A DNA stretch of 64,000 nucleotides from an uncultured Methanosarcina sp. (GTDB lineage: Archaea; Halobacteriota; Methanosarcinia; Methanosarcinales; Methanosarcinaceae), in NCBI GenBank assembly GCA_965601435.1, contig CBFCWE010000009.1, forward strand, positions 2,467 to 66,466, in the 5' to 3' direction. Shown here in pieces: positions 25,033-34,523 of this stretch. The stretch's first letter is position 1, and each line of letters begins with the position of its first letter. The notes beneath the pieces are model-generated. The model saw only the letters and a list, made by a program, of their open reading frames with translations, was not told where the DNA came from and ran no database searches. The translations under genes and the position numbers were made by a program.

Positions 25033-25800
25033 ATGTCCATACAGGAAACACGAATCAAAGAAATTGTAGCCCACAGATGGGACCTTGCCTCCGAGACATT
25101 CGACACTCACGCCAGCCACGGGATTCAGAGTGAAAGGGAAAGGGATTCCTGGAAAAACACGCTCAAAAAAGTATTCCCTGAAGGCCGCCTGAAAATCCTG
25201 GATGTAGGGTGTGGTACCGGAGAGCTGAGCATACTCTTCGCTGAGATGGGGCATGAGGTGACAGGTATCGATCTTTCGGAGAAAATGCTTGAAAAGGCAA
25301 AATCAAAAGCCCATGCCCGTAGAATGGACCTGGTTTTTGAAAAAGGAGATGCCGAATCTCCTGCCTATAAACCTGCTTCTTTTGATGTGGTGATAAACCG
25401 CCACCTTCTATGGACGCTTCCTAACCCCCAGCTTGCCGTAACTAACTGGAAAAATGTTCTCCGAGAAGGAGGCATGACCATCATTATTGACGGGATATGG
25501 GACGACGGGACGCTCGGTACAAAGCTCCGCAGAGCGACAAGCTGTATTGGGACTCTGATCATGGAAAGGAAAAACCCGCAAAAAGGACACTGCGGGTATT
25601 CGGAGGAACTGAAATCCATGCTCCCGGATGTAAGGGGACCTCCTCCCGAAAAAGTGGAAGGGTACCTGGAAAATGCAGGTTTTAGCAGCATAGAAAACCT
25701 GCCTCTCACAGAGATTCTGGAAATCCAGAAACAGCACATGCCTTTCCGGGAGAGGATTTCCTTCAATTTCCAGTACTACCTGGTCCACGGCAGGAAATGA
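25033..25800 (+). CDS. Class I SAM-dependent methyltransferase (copy 1)
   Basis: Motif I ILDVGCGTGELSILFAEMGHEVTGIDLSEKML and post-I/II motifs. Roughly half identical, judged by eye, to 31123-31884. Confidence 0.8.
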   Translation: MSIQETRIKEIVAHRWDLASETFDTHASHGIQSERERDSWKNTLKKVFPEGRLKILDVGCGTGELSILFAEMGHEVTGIDLSEKMLEKAKSKAHARRMDLVFEKGDAESPAYKPASFDVVINRHLLWTLPNPQLAVTNWKNVLREGGMTIIIDGIWDDGTLGTKLRRATSCIGTLIMERKNPQKGHCGYSEELKSMLPDVRGPPPEKVEGYLENAGFSSIENLPLTEILEIQKQHMPFRERISFNFQYYLVHGRK

Positions 25801-25818
25801 GACTCAGTGTTGTAAAAA

Positions 25819-25889
25819 GGAGATTCCGAAAAAAAGATTCCGAAAAAAAAGATTCTGAAAAAGGAGATTCCAAAGAAGGAGATTCCAAG
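25819..25889. repeat. Five ~15-bp direct repeats (GAGATTCCGAAAAAA-like) immediately before the binding-protein start
   Basis: ggAGATTCCGAAAAAAA AGATTCCGAAAAAAAA GATTCTGAAAAAGG AGATTCCAAAGAAGG AGATTCCAAG, followed by ATG. Confidence 0.8.
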
Positions 25890-27476
25890 ATGAAGGAAAA
25901 AAACACTCCCCTGTGTATACTTATTATAAACTTACTGGTCTGCGCCTCACTGCTTACCTCCGGATGCACCGGCACGAAAGGAAGCGAGGTAACGGAAGAA
26001 AACCCAGGTTCGAATACGCTGGTGCTCGGAGAGATGTGGGAAATCGAATCAATCAACACGGTTGACGGGGACGGAGGCACCCTGATCTGTGAAAAAGCCG
26101 CCGTAACCGAGACCCTTGTTGGTGCCAACCAGGATTTTTCCCTGAAACCGGGGCTTGCAACGTCCTGGGAACAAGTCGAAGAAAACACCTGGGAATTCAA
26201 GATCAGAAATGACGTATTTTTCCATGATGGAAGTAAAATGACTGCGGAAGAAGTCAAATCCTCCCTGGGAAACGTCATTGCCAAAAACCTAAGGGTAGCT
26301 TCCATGCTCAAAATAGCGTCCATGGAAGTTGTCGACGATTACACCCTCAAAATAGAAACCTCAGAACTAAACCCCATCCTTCCCGGAGTTCTCCACTATC
26401 CGGACACTGCCGTAATAAGCCCCTCTTCCTTTGACGAAGCCGGAGAATTCGTCAAACCTGTTGGGACAGGTCCGTACAAATTCGAATCCTTCAATGAACA
26501 AACCCGGGTTCTCACCGTCGTGAAGAACGAAAACTGGTGGGGAGGAGAGGTAGGCCTTGACAGGATGGTCCTGAAAGGAATGCCTGACCCGAACACCAGG
26601 GCAATGGCAATCGAAAACGGGGAACTTGACTTTACCGTGGACGTGCCCTACAGTGAAACTGACCGGATAAACGAGCTTGAGGGCATCAACGTGGAGAAAT
26701 ACAAGACCCCAAGAGTGTACAAAATAGACGTAAACCTGGGGCATGAACCGCTGGGAGATGTAAGGGTCAGGCAGGCAATGTCCTGTGCCATTGACAGATA
26801 TGAAATTGCAGAACACGTCCTCTACAACGTGGGAGAACCTGCCGCAGGTCCTTTCCTCCCCACAATGGTCTGGGCAAACAAGGACCTTCAGCCCTATACA
26901 AGGAACCTGGAAAAAGCCGATGAACTCCTCACGGAAGCAGGCTGGGTGGACACGGACGGGGACGGGATAAGGGATAAGGACGGAAAAACCCTCAGGCTTA
27001 ACCTCATGACCTATTCTGCAAGGCCGGGGCTGCCCCCCATTGCCGAAACCATGGCTGCCCAGCTAAAAGAGGTGGGCATTGATGTGGAAGCTGAAGTCCT
27101 CGAGTTTGGGGCCATATACGACAGGAGAGAGAAAGGCAACTGGGACCTTTACCTTGCAGCCTACAACATAGCAATGGTCCCTGACCCCGAATATGTTCTG
27201 AGCAACTGGTACATGACCGGAGGGCCTGACAACGACCCGGGATATTCCAATCCCGAAGTCGACTCCCTTATATTAGAAGCAAGGAAACTCACCAACCTTG
27301 AAGAGCGCTATCAGAAGTTCAACGAGGTAGAAGCAATCGTGTACGAAGAACAGCCGATGATCCTTGTTGCTTACTACGGCTGTGCCATCGTGAAGAAGGA
27401 CTATGTGAAGGGCTACGTCTTTGACCCGACAGCCCACGACTATCGCATAAATGCGGACATGTACATTGAAAAGTAA
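25890..27476 (+). CDS. ABC transporter substrate-binding lipoprotein, family 5 (NikA/OppA/DppA-type), copy 1
   Basis: Start at the ATG giving MKEKNTPLCILIINLLVCASLLTSGCTG (lipobox). Family-5 SBP features are present (...VVKNENWWGG..., ...GWVDTDGDGIRDKDGK...). Confidence 0.8.
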   Translation: MKEKNTPLCILIINLLVCASLLTSGCTGTKGSEVTEENPGSNTLVLGEMWEIESINTVDGDGGTLICEKAAVTETLVGANQDFSLKPGLATSWEQVEENTWEFKIRNDVFFHDGSKMTAEEVKSSLGNVIAKNLRVASMLKIASMEVVDDYTLKIETSELNPILPGVLHYPDTAVISPSSFDEAGEFVKPVGTGPYKFESFNEQTRVLTVVKNENWWGGEVGLDRMVLKGMPDPNTRAMAIENGELDFTVDVPYSETDRINELEGINVEKYKTPRVYKIDVNLGHEPLGDVRVRQAMSCAIDRYEIAEHVLYNVGEPAAGPFLPTMVWANKDLQPYTRNLEKADELLTEAGWVDTDGDGIRDKDGKTLRLNLMTYSARPGLPPIAETMAAQLKEVGIDVEAEVLEFGAIYDRREKGNWDLYLAAYNIAMVPDPEYVLSNWYMTGGPDNDPGYSNPEVDSLILEARKLTNLEERYQKFNEVEAIVYEEQPMILVAYYGCAIVKKDYVKGYVFDPTAHDYRINADMYIEK

Positions 27477-27648
27477 AATTCGAAATGTAGAACTCGAAAA
27501 GCAAAGCCAGAGGAGAGGAAAGAAATTGCGGGCACGAGGGTTCATGCCTGCCTCTTTTTTCAGTCCCCCTCCCCGGCCCAGAACTCCAAACAGAACTATG
27601 CGGGCAGGCAGGGGCACTGGTGCAACCTGTCGGCTTTGAGGAGGAAGC

Positions 27649-28590
27649 ATGAGATATTTCCTGAAAAGGCTCGGATTCATGGCGCTTACGGTTTTTGCGG
27701 TCTGTGCCCTGACCTTTTTCCTTATGAACGCAATTCCCGGGGGCACTGCCGAACTTATCCTGAAGCACACCTTTGTGGGCCTGGAGGAAAGCGTAACCGA
27801 AGAACAGCTCAACCAGATTTCAAGCCGCTACAATTTAAACGACCCCCTTTACCTGCAGTTTTTCAGGTGGGTAGAAAATGCCGCTGTAAGCGGGGACATC
27901 GGGACTTCCTACGTCTTTAGAAAACCGGTCCTTTACCTTCTAGCCCTGCGCCTGCCGGCAACCATCCAGCTTGCAGGGGCAAGTATGGCAATAGCAGTGC
28001 TGGCGGGAGTAAGCCTCGGGATATATTCAGCCCTTCGGGAAAACAGGATTTCCGACCACATTCTCAGGGTTGCGACCCTCTTTGGGGTTTCCATGCCCTG
28101 TTTCTGGGTAGCCCTGCTTTTAATCCTGGTATTTTCCCTGAAACTGAAACTTGTCCCTGTGGCAGGGTACGGAAGCCTGGAAAACCTGTTCCTGCCGGCA
28201 GCAGCCCTTTCCCTCCATTCCATGGCAGCGGTCATGAGGGTCACCAGGACAAGCATGCTCGAGACCCTTGGACAGGAATACATCAGGTTTGCAAAAGCAA
28301 AGGGGCTCCCCCTGAGGAAGATCATAAGCAGGCATGCACTGAAAAACGCCATGCTTCCCGTGGTCACAGTGATCGGGTTCCAGATGGGAAACCTGCTCGG
28401 GGGAACCATTGTGATCGAGAAGATATTCGCCTGGCCAGGGATAGGGAGCCTCCTTGTGGACTCGATCTCAGCCAGGGACCTGCCTGTTGTCCAGGGCTGT
28501 GTGCTTGCCATCGTAAGCATGTTCCTCCTTGTAAACTTCCTTGTGGATATGCTCTATACGCATCTCGACCCGCGGATAAGGTACGGCTGA
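27649..28590 (+). CDS. ABC transporter permease (NikB/DppB/OppB-type)
   Basis: 313 aa. The N-terminal MRYFLKRLGFMALTVF and the conserved ...YIRFAKAKGLPLRKIISRHALKNAMLPVVTV... loop. Confidence 0.85.
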   Translation: MRYFLKRLGFMALTVFAVCALTFFLMNAIPGGTAELILKHTFVGLEESVTEEQLNQISSRYNLNDPLYLQFFRWVENAAVSGDIGTSYVFRKPVLYLLALRLPATIQLAGASMAIAVLAGVSLGIYSALRENRISDHILRVATLFGVSMPCFWVALLLILVFSLKLKLVPVAGYGSLENLFLPAAALSLHSMAAVMRVTRTSMLETLGQEYIRFAKAKGLPLRKIISRHALKNAMLPVVTVIGFQMGNLLGGTIVIEKIFAWPGIGSLLVDSISARDLPVVQGCVLAIVSMFLLVNFLVDMLYTHLDPRIRYG

Positions 28591-28594
28591 TATC

Positions 28595-29500
28595 ATGGAT
28601 AACGTATTTGCTGACAGATTCAGAAGAGAAGGCATTTTGCCGAAGTTTGGGGAATACGGTGGCGAGTTTGCAAAAAGGGTCTTCCAGAGGAAGGACATGC
28701 TTTTTGCCCTGGCCGCGCTTGTGCTTTTTGGAGGAGTTGCCCTTTTTGCCCCCCTGCTCTCTCCTTACGACCCAAACGCAATCGACCTTAAGAACAAGAA
28801 CCTCGGCCCTTCCGAAGGCCACCTGCTCGGCACGGATTACCTGGGAAGGGACCTCCTGAGCAGGATACTCATAGGGGCCCGGATTTCCCTCTCCATCGCT
28901 TTTGGGGTGGTCCTCATTTCCCTGTTAGTGGGAATTGCCGCGGGCTGTGCTGCAGGCTACTACGGAGGGTTTGTGGACGAAAGCATCTCCAGTGTCATAG
29001 ATATCTTCCTCTCTTTCCCGGGAGTGATCTTTGCCCTGACCATCATGGGGGTGCTCGGAAGCGGGGTTTTTAACCTGATGCTTGCCCTCTCGGTTGTCCA
29101 GTGGGCAAGGTACGCACGGCTGATGCGGGGGCAGGCCCTCTCCCTCAAAAAACAGGAATTTGTCCTTTCCGCCGTGACAAGCGGGGCAGGGGACTTTCAC
29201 ATCATCATCAGGCATATAGTGCCCAATGCCATAGCCCCTCTCCTCGTGCTTGCCACAATCGACCTGGGGCACGTCATCCTTTCCATCGCCACCTTAAGTT
29301 TCCTGGGGATTGGGCTGCCTGCCGATGTCCCGGAGTGGGGGGCAATGCTTTCCGCAGGAAAGGAGTTCATGAGGACGGCTCCTCACCAGACCATCTTCCC
29401 GGGACTTGCCATCACCTTCGTTGTTGTAATATTCAGCATCCTGGGAGACGGCATCCGGGACATCCTGGATCCGCATCATGAAGGAGGGGAGATGTATTGA
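28595..29500 (+). CDS. ABC transporter permease (NikC/DppC/OppC-type)
   Basis: 301 aa. ...HLLGTDYLGRDLLSRILIGARISL... is typical of the second permease of Opp/Dpp/Nik systems. Confidence 0.85.
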   Translation: MDNVFADRFRREGILPKFGEYGGEFAKRVFQRKDMLFALAALVLFGGVALFAPLLSPYDPNAIDLKNKNLGPSEGHLLGTDYLGRDLLSRILIGARISLSIAFGVVLISLLVGIAAGCAAGYYGGFVDESISSVIDIFLSFPGVIFALTIMGVLGSGVFNLMLALSVVQWARYARLMRGQALSLKKQEFVLSAVTSGAGDFHIIIRHIVPNAIAPLLVLATIDLGHVILSIATLSFLGIGLPADVPEWGAMLSAGKEFMRTAPHQTIFPGLAITFVVVIFSILGDGIRDILDPHHEGGEMY

Positions 29501-30438
29501 GCCTGCTTGAAATAAGGGAACTCTCCGTGGAATTCCCCGCAGGGGAAGGCAGCGTAAAAGCAGTCTCAAACGTATCTTTTGACTTAAGGGAAGGGGAAAC
29601 CTTCGGGATAATCGGGGAGAGTGGGTCAGGGAAATCCGTTGTGGGGCTTGCCCTGCTCAGGCTCCTCCCGGCAAATGCCAGGGTTTCCGGAAACGTTTGC
29701 TTTGCCAGAAAGGACCTCTTTTCCCTGGAGCCCTCTGAACTCCGGAAAATCAGGGGAAAAAGAATCTCCCTGATGCCCCAGAACCCCGCAGGAGCCCTGA
29801 ACCCGGCTCTTAAAAACGGGCTTCAGATAGGAGAAGTGTTTGAGAGGAGAGGGATTGAGAAAAAAGAGGGAATGAAAAAAGCCCTTGGGCTCATGAAAAA
29901 ACTCTTTTTGCAGGACCCGGAAAAGCTCTGCGGCCTTTACCCCCACCAGCTTTCGGGAGGGATGAGGCAGCGGCTGATTGCGGCCATGTCCCTTTCCTTC
30001 GAGCCCGAACTTTTGATCGCGGACGAGCCTACAAAAGGGTTGGACCCGGAAGCCAGGGCAGGAGCCGTGGAACTGTTCACGAAAATAAAAAACGAATACG
30101 GCAAGACCATGCTCCTGATCACCCACGACCTTGACCTGGCCCATGAGGTCTGCGACAGGGTGGCTGTAATGTATGCAGGGGAGGTCGTGGAGCTGGACGA
30201 AGCTTCAAAAGTCCTGCATTCTCCGGGGCACCCCTACACAAAAGGGCTTATCCGGGCCCATCCCCGAAACGGGCTTGTCCCCCTGAGCGGGCAGAGCCCT
30301 AGCAGGATAAAGCTTCCGGAGGGCTGTTTATTCCATGAGCGGTGCAGGTACGCAGCCGTTGAGTGTTCCAGGAGGCATCCGGAAATGCAAAACCATAAAG
30401 GGGGAGGGATCAGGTGCCATCTCCGGTCCTTGCAGTAA
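29497..30438 (+). CDS. ABC transporter ATP-binding protein (NikD/DppD/OppD-type)
   Basis: Walker A GESGSGKS, signature LSGGMRQR, Walker B LLIADEPTKGLD. The C-terminal Cys-containing oligopeptide-type extension (CLFHERCRYA...C) is present. Confidence 0.85.
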   Translation: MSLLEIRELSVEFPAGEGSVKAVSNVSFDLREGETFGIIGESGSGKSVVGLALLRLLPANARVSGNVCFARKDLFSLEPSELRKIRGKRISLMPQNPAGALNPALKNGLQIGEVFERRGIEKKEGMKKALGLMKKLFLQDPEKLCGLYPHQLSGGMRQRLIAAMSLSFEPELLIADEPTKGLDPEARAGAVELFTKIKNEYGKTMLLITHDLDLAHEVCDRVAVMYAGEVVELDEASKVLHSPGHPYTKGLIRAHPRNGLVPLSGQSPSRIKLPEGCLFHERCRYAAVECSRRHPEMQNHKGGGIRCHLRSLQ

Positions 30439-31142
30439 ACGGACTGAAAATGAGTTTTGGGGCTGCCGAGGTGTTCAAAAACGTCAGTTTCTCGGTAGCT
30501 CCCGGAGAAAACCTGGGGTTATTCGGGAAAAGCGGGTCCGGGAAGACCACCATCGGCAGATGTATAGTCGGACTTGAGAAACCCACGGAAGGGGAAATCC
30601 TTGTCCATGGGGAAAATATCCTGGGCATGGGCAAAAAAGAGTTCAGGGGCCTGCGCCCGAAAATCCAGATGATTTTCCAGCACCCGGAAACGTCCCTTGA
30701 CCCCAGGATGAAAGCCTTTGACAGCCTGGTAGAACCTCTCCGGGTCCATACAGGGCTCAAAAAAGCCGAACTCCTGGAAAAGGGCGAGGAGCTGGCAGAG
30801 CTGACCGGACTTCGCCCGGAACACCTGGCTCGCTACCCGAACCAGCTCAGCGGGGGAGAGATCCAGAGGGTGGTGCTTGCCAGGATTATGTCCTTATCTC
30901 CGGATTTTGTGGTTGCGGACGAACCCACGTCCATGCTCGACGTCTCGGTCCAGGCCCAGATCCTGCGCCTTATGCAAAAAGTCCAGAGGGAAACGGGAGT
31001 CTCCTACCTGCTGATCTCCCACGACCTCGAGGTCCTGAGAAAAGTCTGCCACAGGATCGCCTACCTGGAAAACGGAAACATAGCTTTGATTGAAGATGTC
31101 AGGAAAAAAGAGGTATCAAAACATGCCCGTTCAAGAAAATAA
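30414..31142 (+). CDS. ABC transporter ATP-binding protein (NikE/DppF/OppF-type)
   Basis: GTG start. Walker A GKSGSGKT, signature LSGGEIQR, Walker B FVVADEPTSMLD. Confidence 0.85.
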   Translation: MPSPVLAVNGLKMSFGAAEVFKNVSFSVAPGENLGLFGKSGSGKTTIGRCIVGLEKPTEGEILVHGENILGMGKKEFRGLRPKIQMIFQHPETSLDPRMKAFDSLVEPLRVHTGLKKAELLEKGEELAELTGLRPEHLARYPNQLSGGEIQRVVLARIMSLSPDFVVADEPTSMLDVSVQAQILRLMQKVQRETGVSYLLISHDLEVLRKVCHRIAYLENGNIALIEDVRKKEVSKHARSRK

Positions 31143-31884
31143 GATCAAAAAGAACATTGCCCGGATCTGGGACATTTCATCCGAAACCTACGACAGCCAT
31201 GAAGGACATGGGATCCAGACCGAAACAGAAAAAGAAGCCTGGAAACAGCTTTTCAAAAGCCTCCTCCCCCCAGGCAGGCTGGAGGTACTCGACGTGGGCT
31301 GCGGGACCTGTGAAATAGGGTTCCTGTTTGCTGAAATGGGCCACCGCGTAACAGGGCTTGACCTTTCGGATAAAATGCTTGAAAAAGCGAGGGTAAAGGC
31401 AGCCAGTAAAGGGTTTGACACCACCTTCAGGAAAGGAGATGCCGAAATTCCCCCTTTTGAGGCGCAAACATTCGACGTCGTTGTCAACCGCCACCTCCTC
31501 TGGACCCTTCCTCACCCGGATGTTGCGGTCCGGAACTGGAAACGGGTGCTAAAGGAGGAGGGAGTGCTTCTGGTAGTCGATGGCCTCTGGAACGACGGCT
31601 CGCTCGAAACCAAAATGAGGAGGCTTATAAGCGACCTCTGTACCCTGCTGGTCGAGAAGAGAAATCCCCGGAAAGGGTACTACTCAAGGGAGATCAACAG
31701 CGAACTTCCCAACCCTCACAGGGCTCCCCCGGAAAAAACGCTTGATTACTTCAGAGCGGTCAGCTTCAAAAATGTCGGGGACCTGGACCTGAAAGAGCTT
31801 ATCGATCTCCAGAAAAGGACGATGCCGTTTAGGAAGCGGATAGCCTTCAATTACAAATATCATCTGATCTACGGGGAAAAATAA
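31123..31884 (+). CDS. Class I SAM-dependent methyltransferase (copy 2)
   Basis: MPVQENKIKKNIARIWD..., motif I VLDVGCGTCEIGFLFAEMGHRVTGLDLSDKML. Overlaps the end of the preceding ATPase gene. Confidence 0.8.
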   Translation: MPVQENKIKKNIARIWDISSETYDSHEGHGIQTETEKEAWKQLFKSLLPPGRLEVLDVGCGTCEIGFLFAEMGHRVTGLDLSDKMLEKARVKAASKGFDTTFRKGDAEIPPFEAQTFDVVVNRHLLWTLPHPDVAVRNWKRVLKEEGVLLVVDGLWNDGSLETKMRRLISDLCTLLVEKRNPRKGYYSREINSELPNPHRAPPEKTLDYFRAVSFKNVGDLDLKELIDLQKRTMPFRKRIAFNYKYHLIYGEK

Positions 31885-31886
31885 TC

Positions 31887-31929
31887 CCGGAAGAACTTGA
31901 GTGAAAAAAGAATTCCGGAAGAACTTGAG
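31887..31929. repeat. Exact 15-nt direct repeat CCGGAAGAACTTGAG (x2, 28-bp period) before the second binding-protein gene
   Basis: Copies at 31887-31901 and 31915-31929. Confidence 0.85.
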
Positions 31930-31957
31930 GAGAAAAAGAACCAGAAAGGATGATTCC

Positions 31958-33598
31958 ATGAAAATAGCGAAAACAGTGAAAACAGGTCCTTCGAAAAAAG
32001 GGACTTCAATTTTTACGCTTATGCTTGTCCTCTTCATCCTGACCGCATCTCTATGCAGTTCGGGCTGTACGGGTTCGGCCGGGGAGGGGGAAGGCGGGGC
32101 AGGAGAATCAAAATCCTCCCCTTCACCCGAAGCTGACGGAGAAAAAACCCTTACAATGGGGGTAATGTGGGCAGTCCAGAGCATTGACCCCCTCGTCTGC
32201 GAAGAGACAAACGAACTTGTTACCGAGTACCTGGTAAAGTGCAATAACGACTTCTCCTTAAAACCCTACCTTGCCACTTCCTGGGAAGCGGTTGACAGCA
32301 ATACCTGGGAATTCGAATTGAGGGAAGACGTGCTCTTCAGCAACGGAGACCCCTTTACCGCCGAAGAAGTGAAGTTTTCCCTGGAATGGGACATCGAGCA
32401 CAATAACAAACTCGCCCAGCTGACAAAGATCGAAAGCATTGACGTGCCGGACGAACATACCCTGCAAATACGCACAACAGAGCCAAATCCCGTTCTGCCC
32501 GAAACCCTGCACTATTCAAAAGCCGCAATTTTCAGCCCGAAATCCATAGGTGAAAACGGGGAAATGGGAGTGCCGATCGGGACAGGGCCTTTTAAAATCG
32601 AGTCCTATGACAATAGGGTCTATACCCTCGTGTTTGTGAAGAACGAAAACTGGTGGGGAGGGGAACCCGGGCTGGACAGGGTCATTTTCAGGACAGTAGA
32701 AGACCCGAATACCCGGGCAATGGCAATCGAAAGCGGGGAAATCGACTACACCCTTGATGTCCCCTACAACGAAGTGGACCGCCTGGACACCCTTCCCGGG
32801 ATCACGGTTGAGAGGTTCAACACGGCAAACGAGTACATCCTGGAGATGAATGCAAAGCAAGAAGCTCTTTCCGAAAAAAGGGTCAGGCAGGCGCTCTCTT
32901 ACGGGATTGACAGGAAAGAAATGGCTGAAAACGTGCTCTTTGAGGTAGGGAGACCTGCCACAGGAATATTCCTCCCGGAGATGCACTGGGCAAACCGGGA
33001 CCTTGAACCCTATCCCTACGACCCCGAAAAAGCGAAAGAGCTGCTTTCCGAAGCCGGATGGACCGATTCCGACGGGGACGGGATAAGAGACAAAACCGGG
33101 AAGAGCCTTAAGCTCAGCCTTCTGACCTACCCCAACAGGCCCGGACTCCCGCCCATTGGAGAAGCCATGGCAGCCCAGTACAGGGAACTTGGAATTGGTG
33201 TAAGGTACGAAGTGATGGAATGGGGAGGGATCTCGGACCGGCTGAAAGAAGGCGACTGGGACCTCCTGCTCTCGACCATGGGAGTCTCAAATGTCGCAGA
33301 CCCGAGCTACGTCTTCAACGACATGTACATGACAGGTGGAGACGGGAACCGGGGAGGGTACTCAAACCCCGAACTTGATGGCATGATCACAGAGGCAAAC
33401 GGAATCGTAGACCCCGAAATGCGCTATTCGAAATTCGATGAGGTCCAGGCATATATCCACGAAGAGCAGCCCATCATCCCCGTCTGCTACTACGGCTGTG
33501 CGGCAGCCAGGAAAGACTCGATCAAGGGCCTGGTCTTCGATACCACGGTGCACGGATACTTCCTGAACCCTGAAATGTACATCGAAAGCCAGAGTTAA
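31958..33598 (+). CDS. ABC transporter substrate-binding lipoprotein, family 5 (NikA/OppA/DppA-type), copy 2
   Basis: MKIAKTVKTGPSKKGTSIFTLMLVLFILTASLCSSGCTG (lipobox). Collinear similarity to 25890-27476 throughout (VKNENWWGGEPGLDRV, GWTDSDGDGIRDKTGK). Confidence 0.8.
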   Translation: MKIAKTVKTGPSKKGTSIFTLMLVLFILTASLCSSGCTGSAGEGEGGAGESKSSPSPEADGEKTLTMGVMWAVQSIDPLVCEETNELVTEYLVKCNNDFSLKPYLATSWEAVDSNTWEFELREDVLFSNGDPFTAEEVKFSLEWDIEHNNKLAQLTKIESIDVPDEHTLQIRTTEPNPVLPETLHYSKAAIFSPKSIGENGEMGVPIGTGPFKIESYDNRVYTLVFVKNENWWGGEPGLDRVIFRTVEDPNTRAMAIESGEIDYTLDVPYNEVDRLDTLPGITVERFNTANEYILEMNAKQEALSEKRVRQALSYGIDRKEMAENVLFEVGRPATGIFLPEMHWANRDLEPYPYDPEKAKELLSEAGWTDSDGDGIRDKTGKSLKLSLLTYPNRPGLPPIGEAMAAQYRELGIGVRYEVMEWGGISDRLKEGDWDLLLSTMGVSNVADPSYVFNDMYMTGGDGNRGGYSNPELDGMITEANGIVDPEMRYSKFDEVQAYIHEEQPIIPVCYYGCAAARKDSIKGLVFDTTVHGYFLNPEMYIESQS

Positions 33599-33750
33599 AG
33601 GAACCCTGAGCCAGAGAAAAACTTGAAAAACAGAAAAACGAAACAGTGAAAAAAAACAGAAAAACAAAACTAAATATGAACACATTTTAAGACGGAGCTC
33701 CAGCTCAACAAGATACCAGGAAAGGAGCTCTGATCTTTTTTCTTTACAAC

Positions 33751-34443
33751 TCAGTTATTCACGGCTTCCACAACAGCCGTTCTTCCCGCAAGAAGATTCC
33801 GGCCCTGGACATCAATTATAGAAACTCTTATTTCAGACCCAACCTTGAAACCGTAGTTATCCTTTGTGTCCTTGGTTTCACCCACACTTACTTTAACACT
33901 GGAGTCCGGAGTACCAATGGCACTGTCCTTTCCGCAAAGTACCAACCTCTCTCCAACTCCCCAGTATCCGTCTTTCAGGGTTGCTTCGTTCCGGTCCTCA
34001 TAGTCGGGGTTTTTCTTTTCAGAACTCAGGTCGTGATAGAAGACAAGAACATCTCCTTTCGGATGCTTAGCAGTACCTTCAGAAACGCTGCCAGTGAAGG
34101 AATTTCCATAGCCCTGGATTTTAATAGAGGTGCTCTTCAGAGGCAATGAACTTCCCCCTTCATGCACAAGTACAATCACATTTTCTGGAAACTTTGCCCT
34201 ATCATCCGTAGGCCCCCAGTTGGTAAATCCCCCCTCACATGATTTAATTTCAATATTTACCACGGGAGGCTGGAAATTCATGTAACCCCCTGAGCTACTT
34301 AAAAAGCTGGCAAAAGCTGCGCCCGTAAGGACGAATAAAATCAGCAGAAGAAGAAGCGAACCTATTAAAGGAACTGAAGCTTTTGATGCGGATTTTGAAA
34401 TAAACAATGACTTAAAGTGAATTTTTCCCCATGCCCTCATCAA
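33751..34443 (-). CDS. Hypothetical secreted protein with archaeal type IV pilin-like (class III signal peptide / DUF1628-like) N-terminus
   Basis: ...SKASVPLIGSLLLLLILFVLTGAAFASF resembles the (A/S)VSPVIGVILM... pilin-type N-terminal helix. The rest has no motif I recognise. Confidence 0.35.
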   Translation of the reverse strand: MMRAWGKIHFKSLFISKSASKASVPLIGSLLLLLILFVLTGAAFASFLSSSGGYMNFQPPVVNIEIKSCEGGFTNWGPTDDRAKFPENVIVLVHEGGSSLPLKSTSIKIQGYGNSFTGSVSEGTAKHPKGDVLVFYHDLSSEKKNPDYEDRNEATLKDGYWGVGERLVLCGKDSAIGTPDSSVKVSVGETKDTKDNYGFKVGSEIRVSIIDVQGRNLLAGRTAVVEAVNN

Positions 34444-34523
34444 AAAGAAATTATTGACGAACTGGCATAAATAAGTAAGGATTTGCCGAAAAATAAATAA
34501 ATAGTTATGAAAAATGAAAAGGG

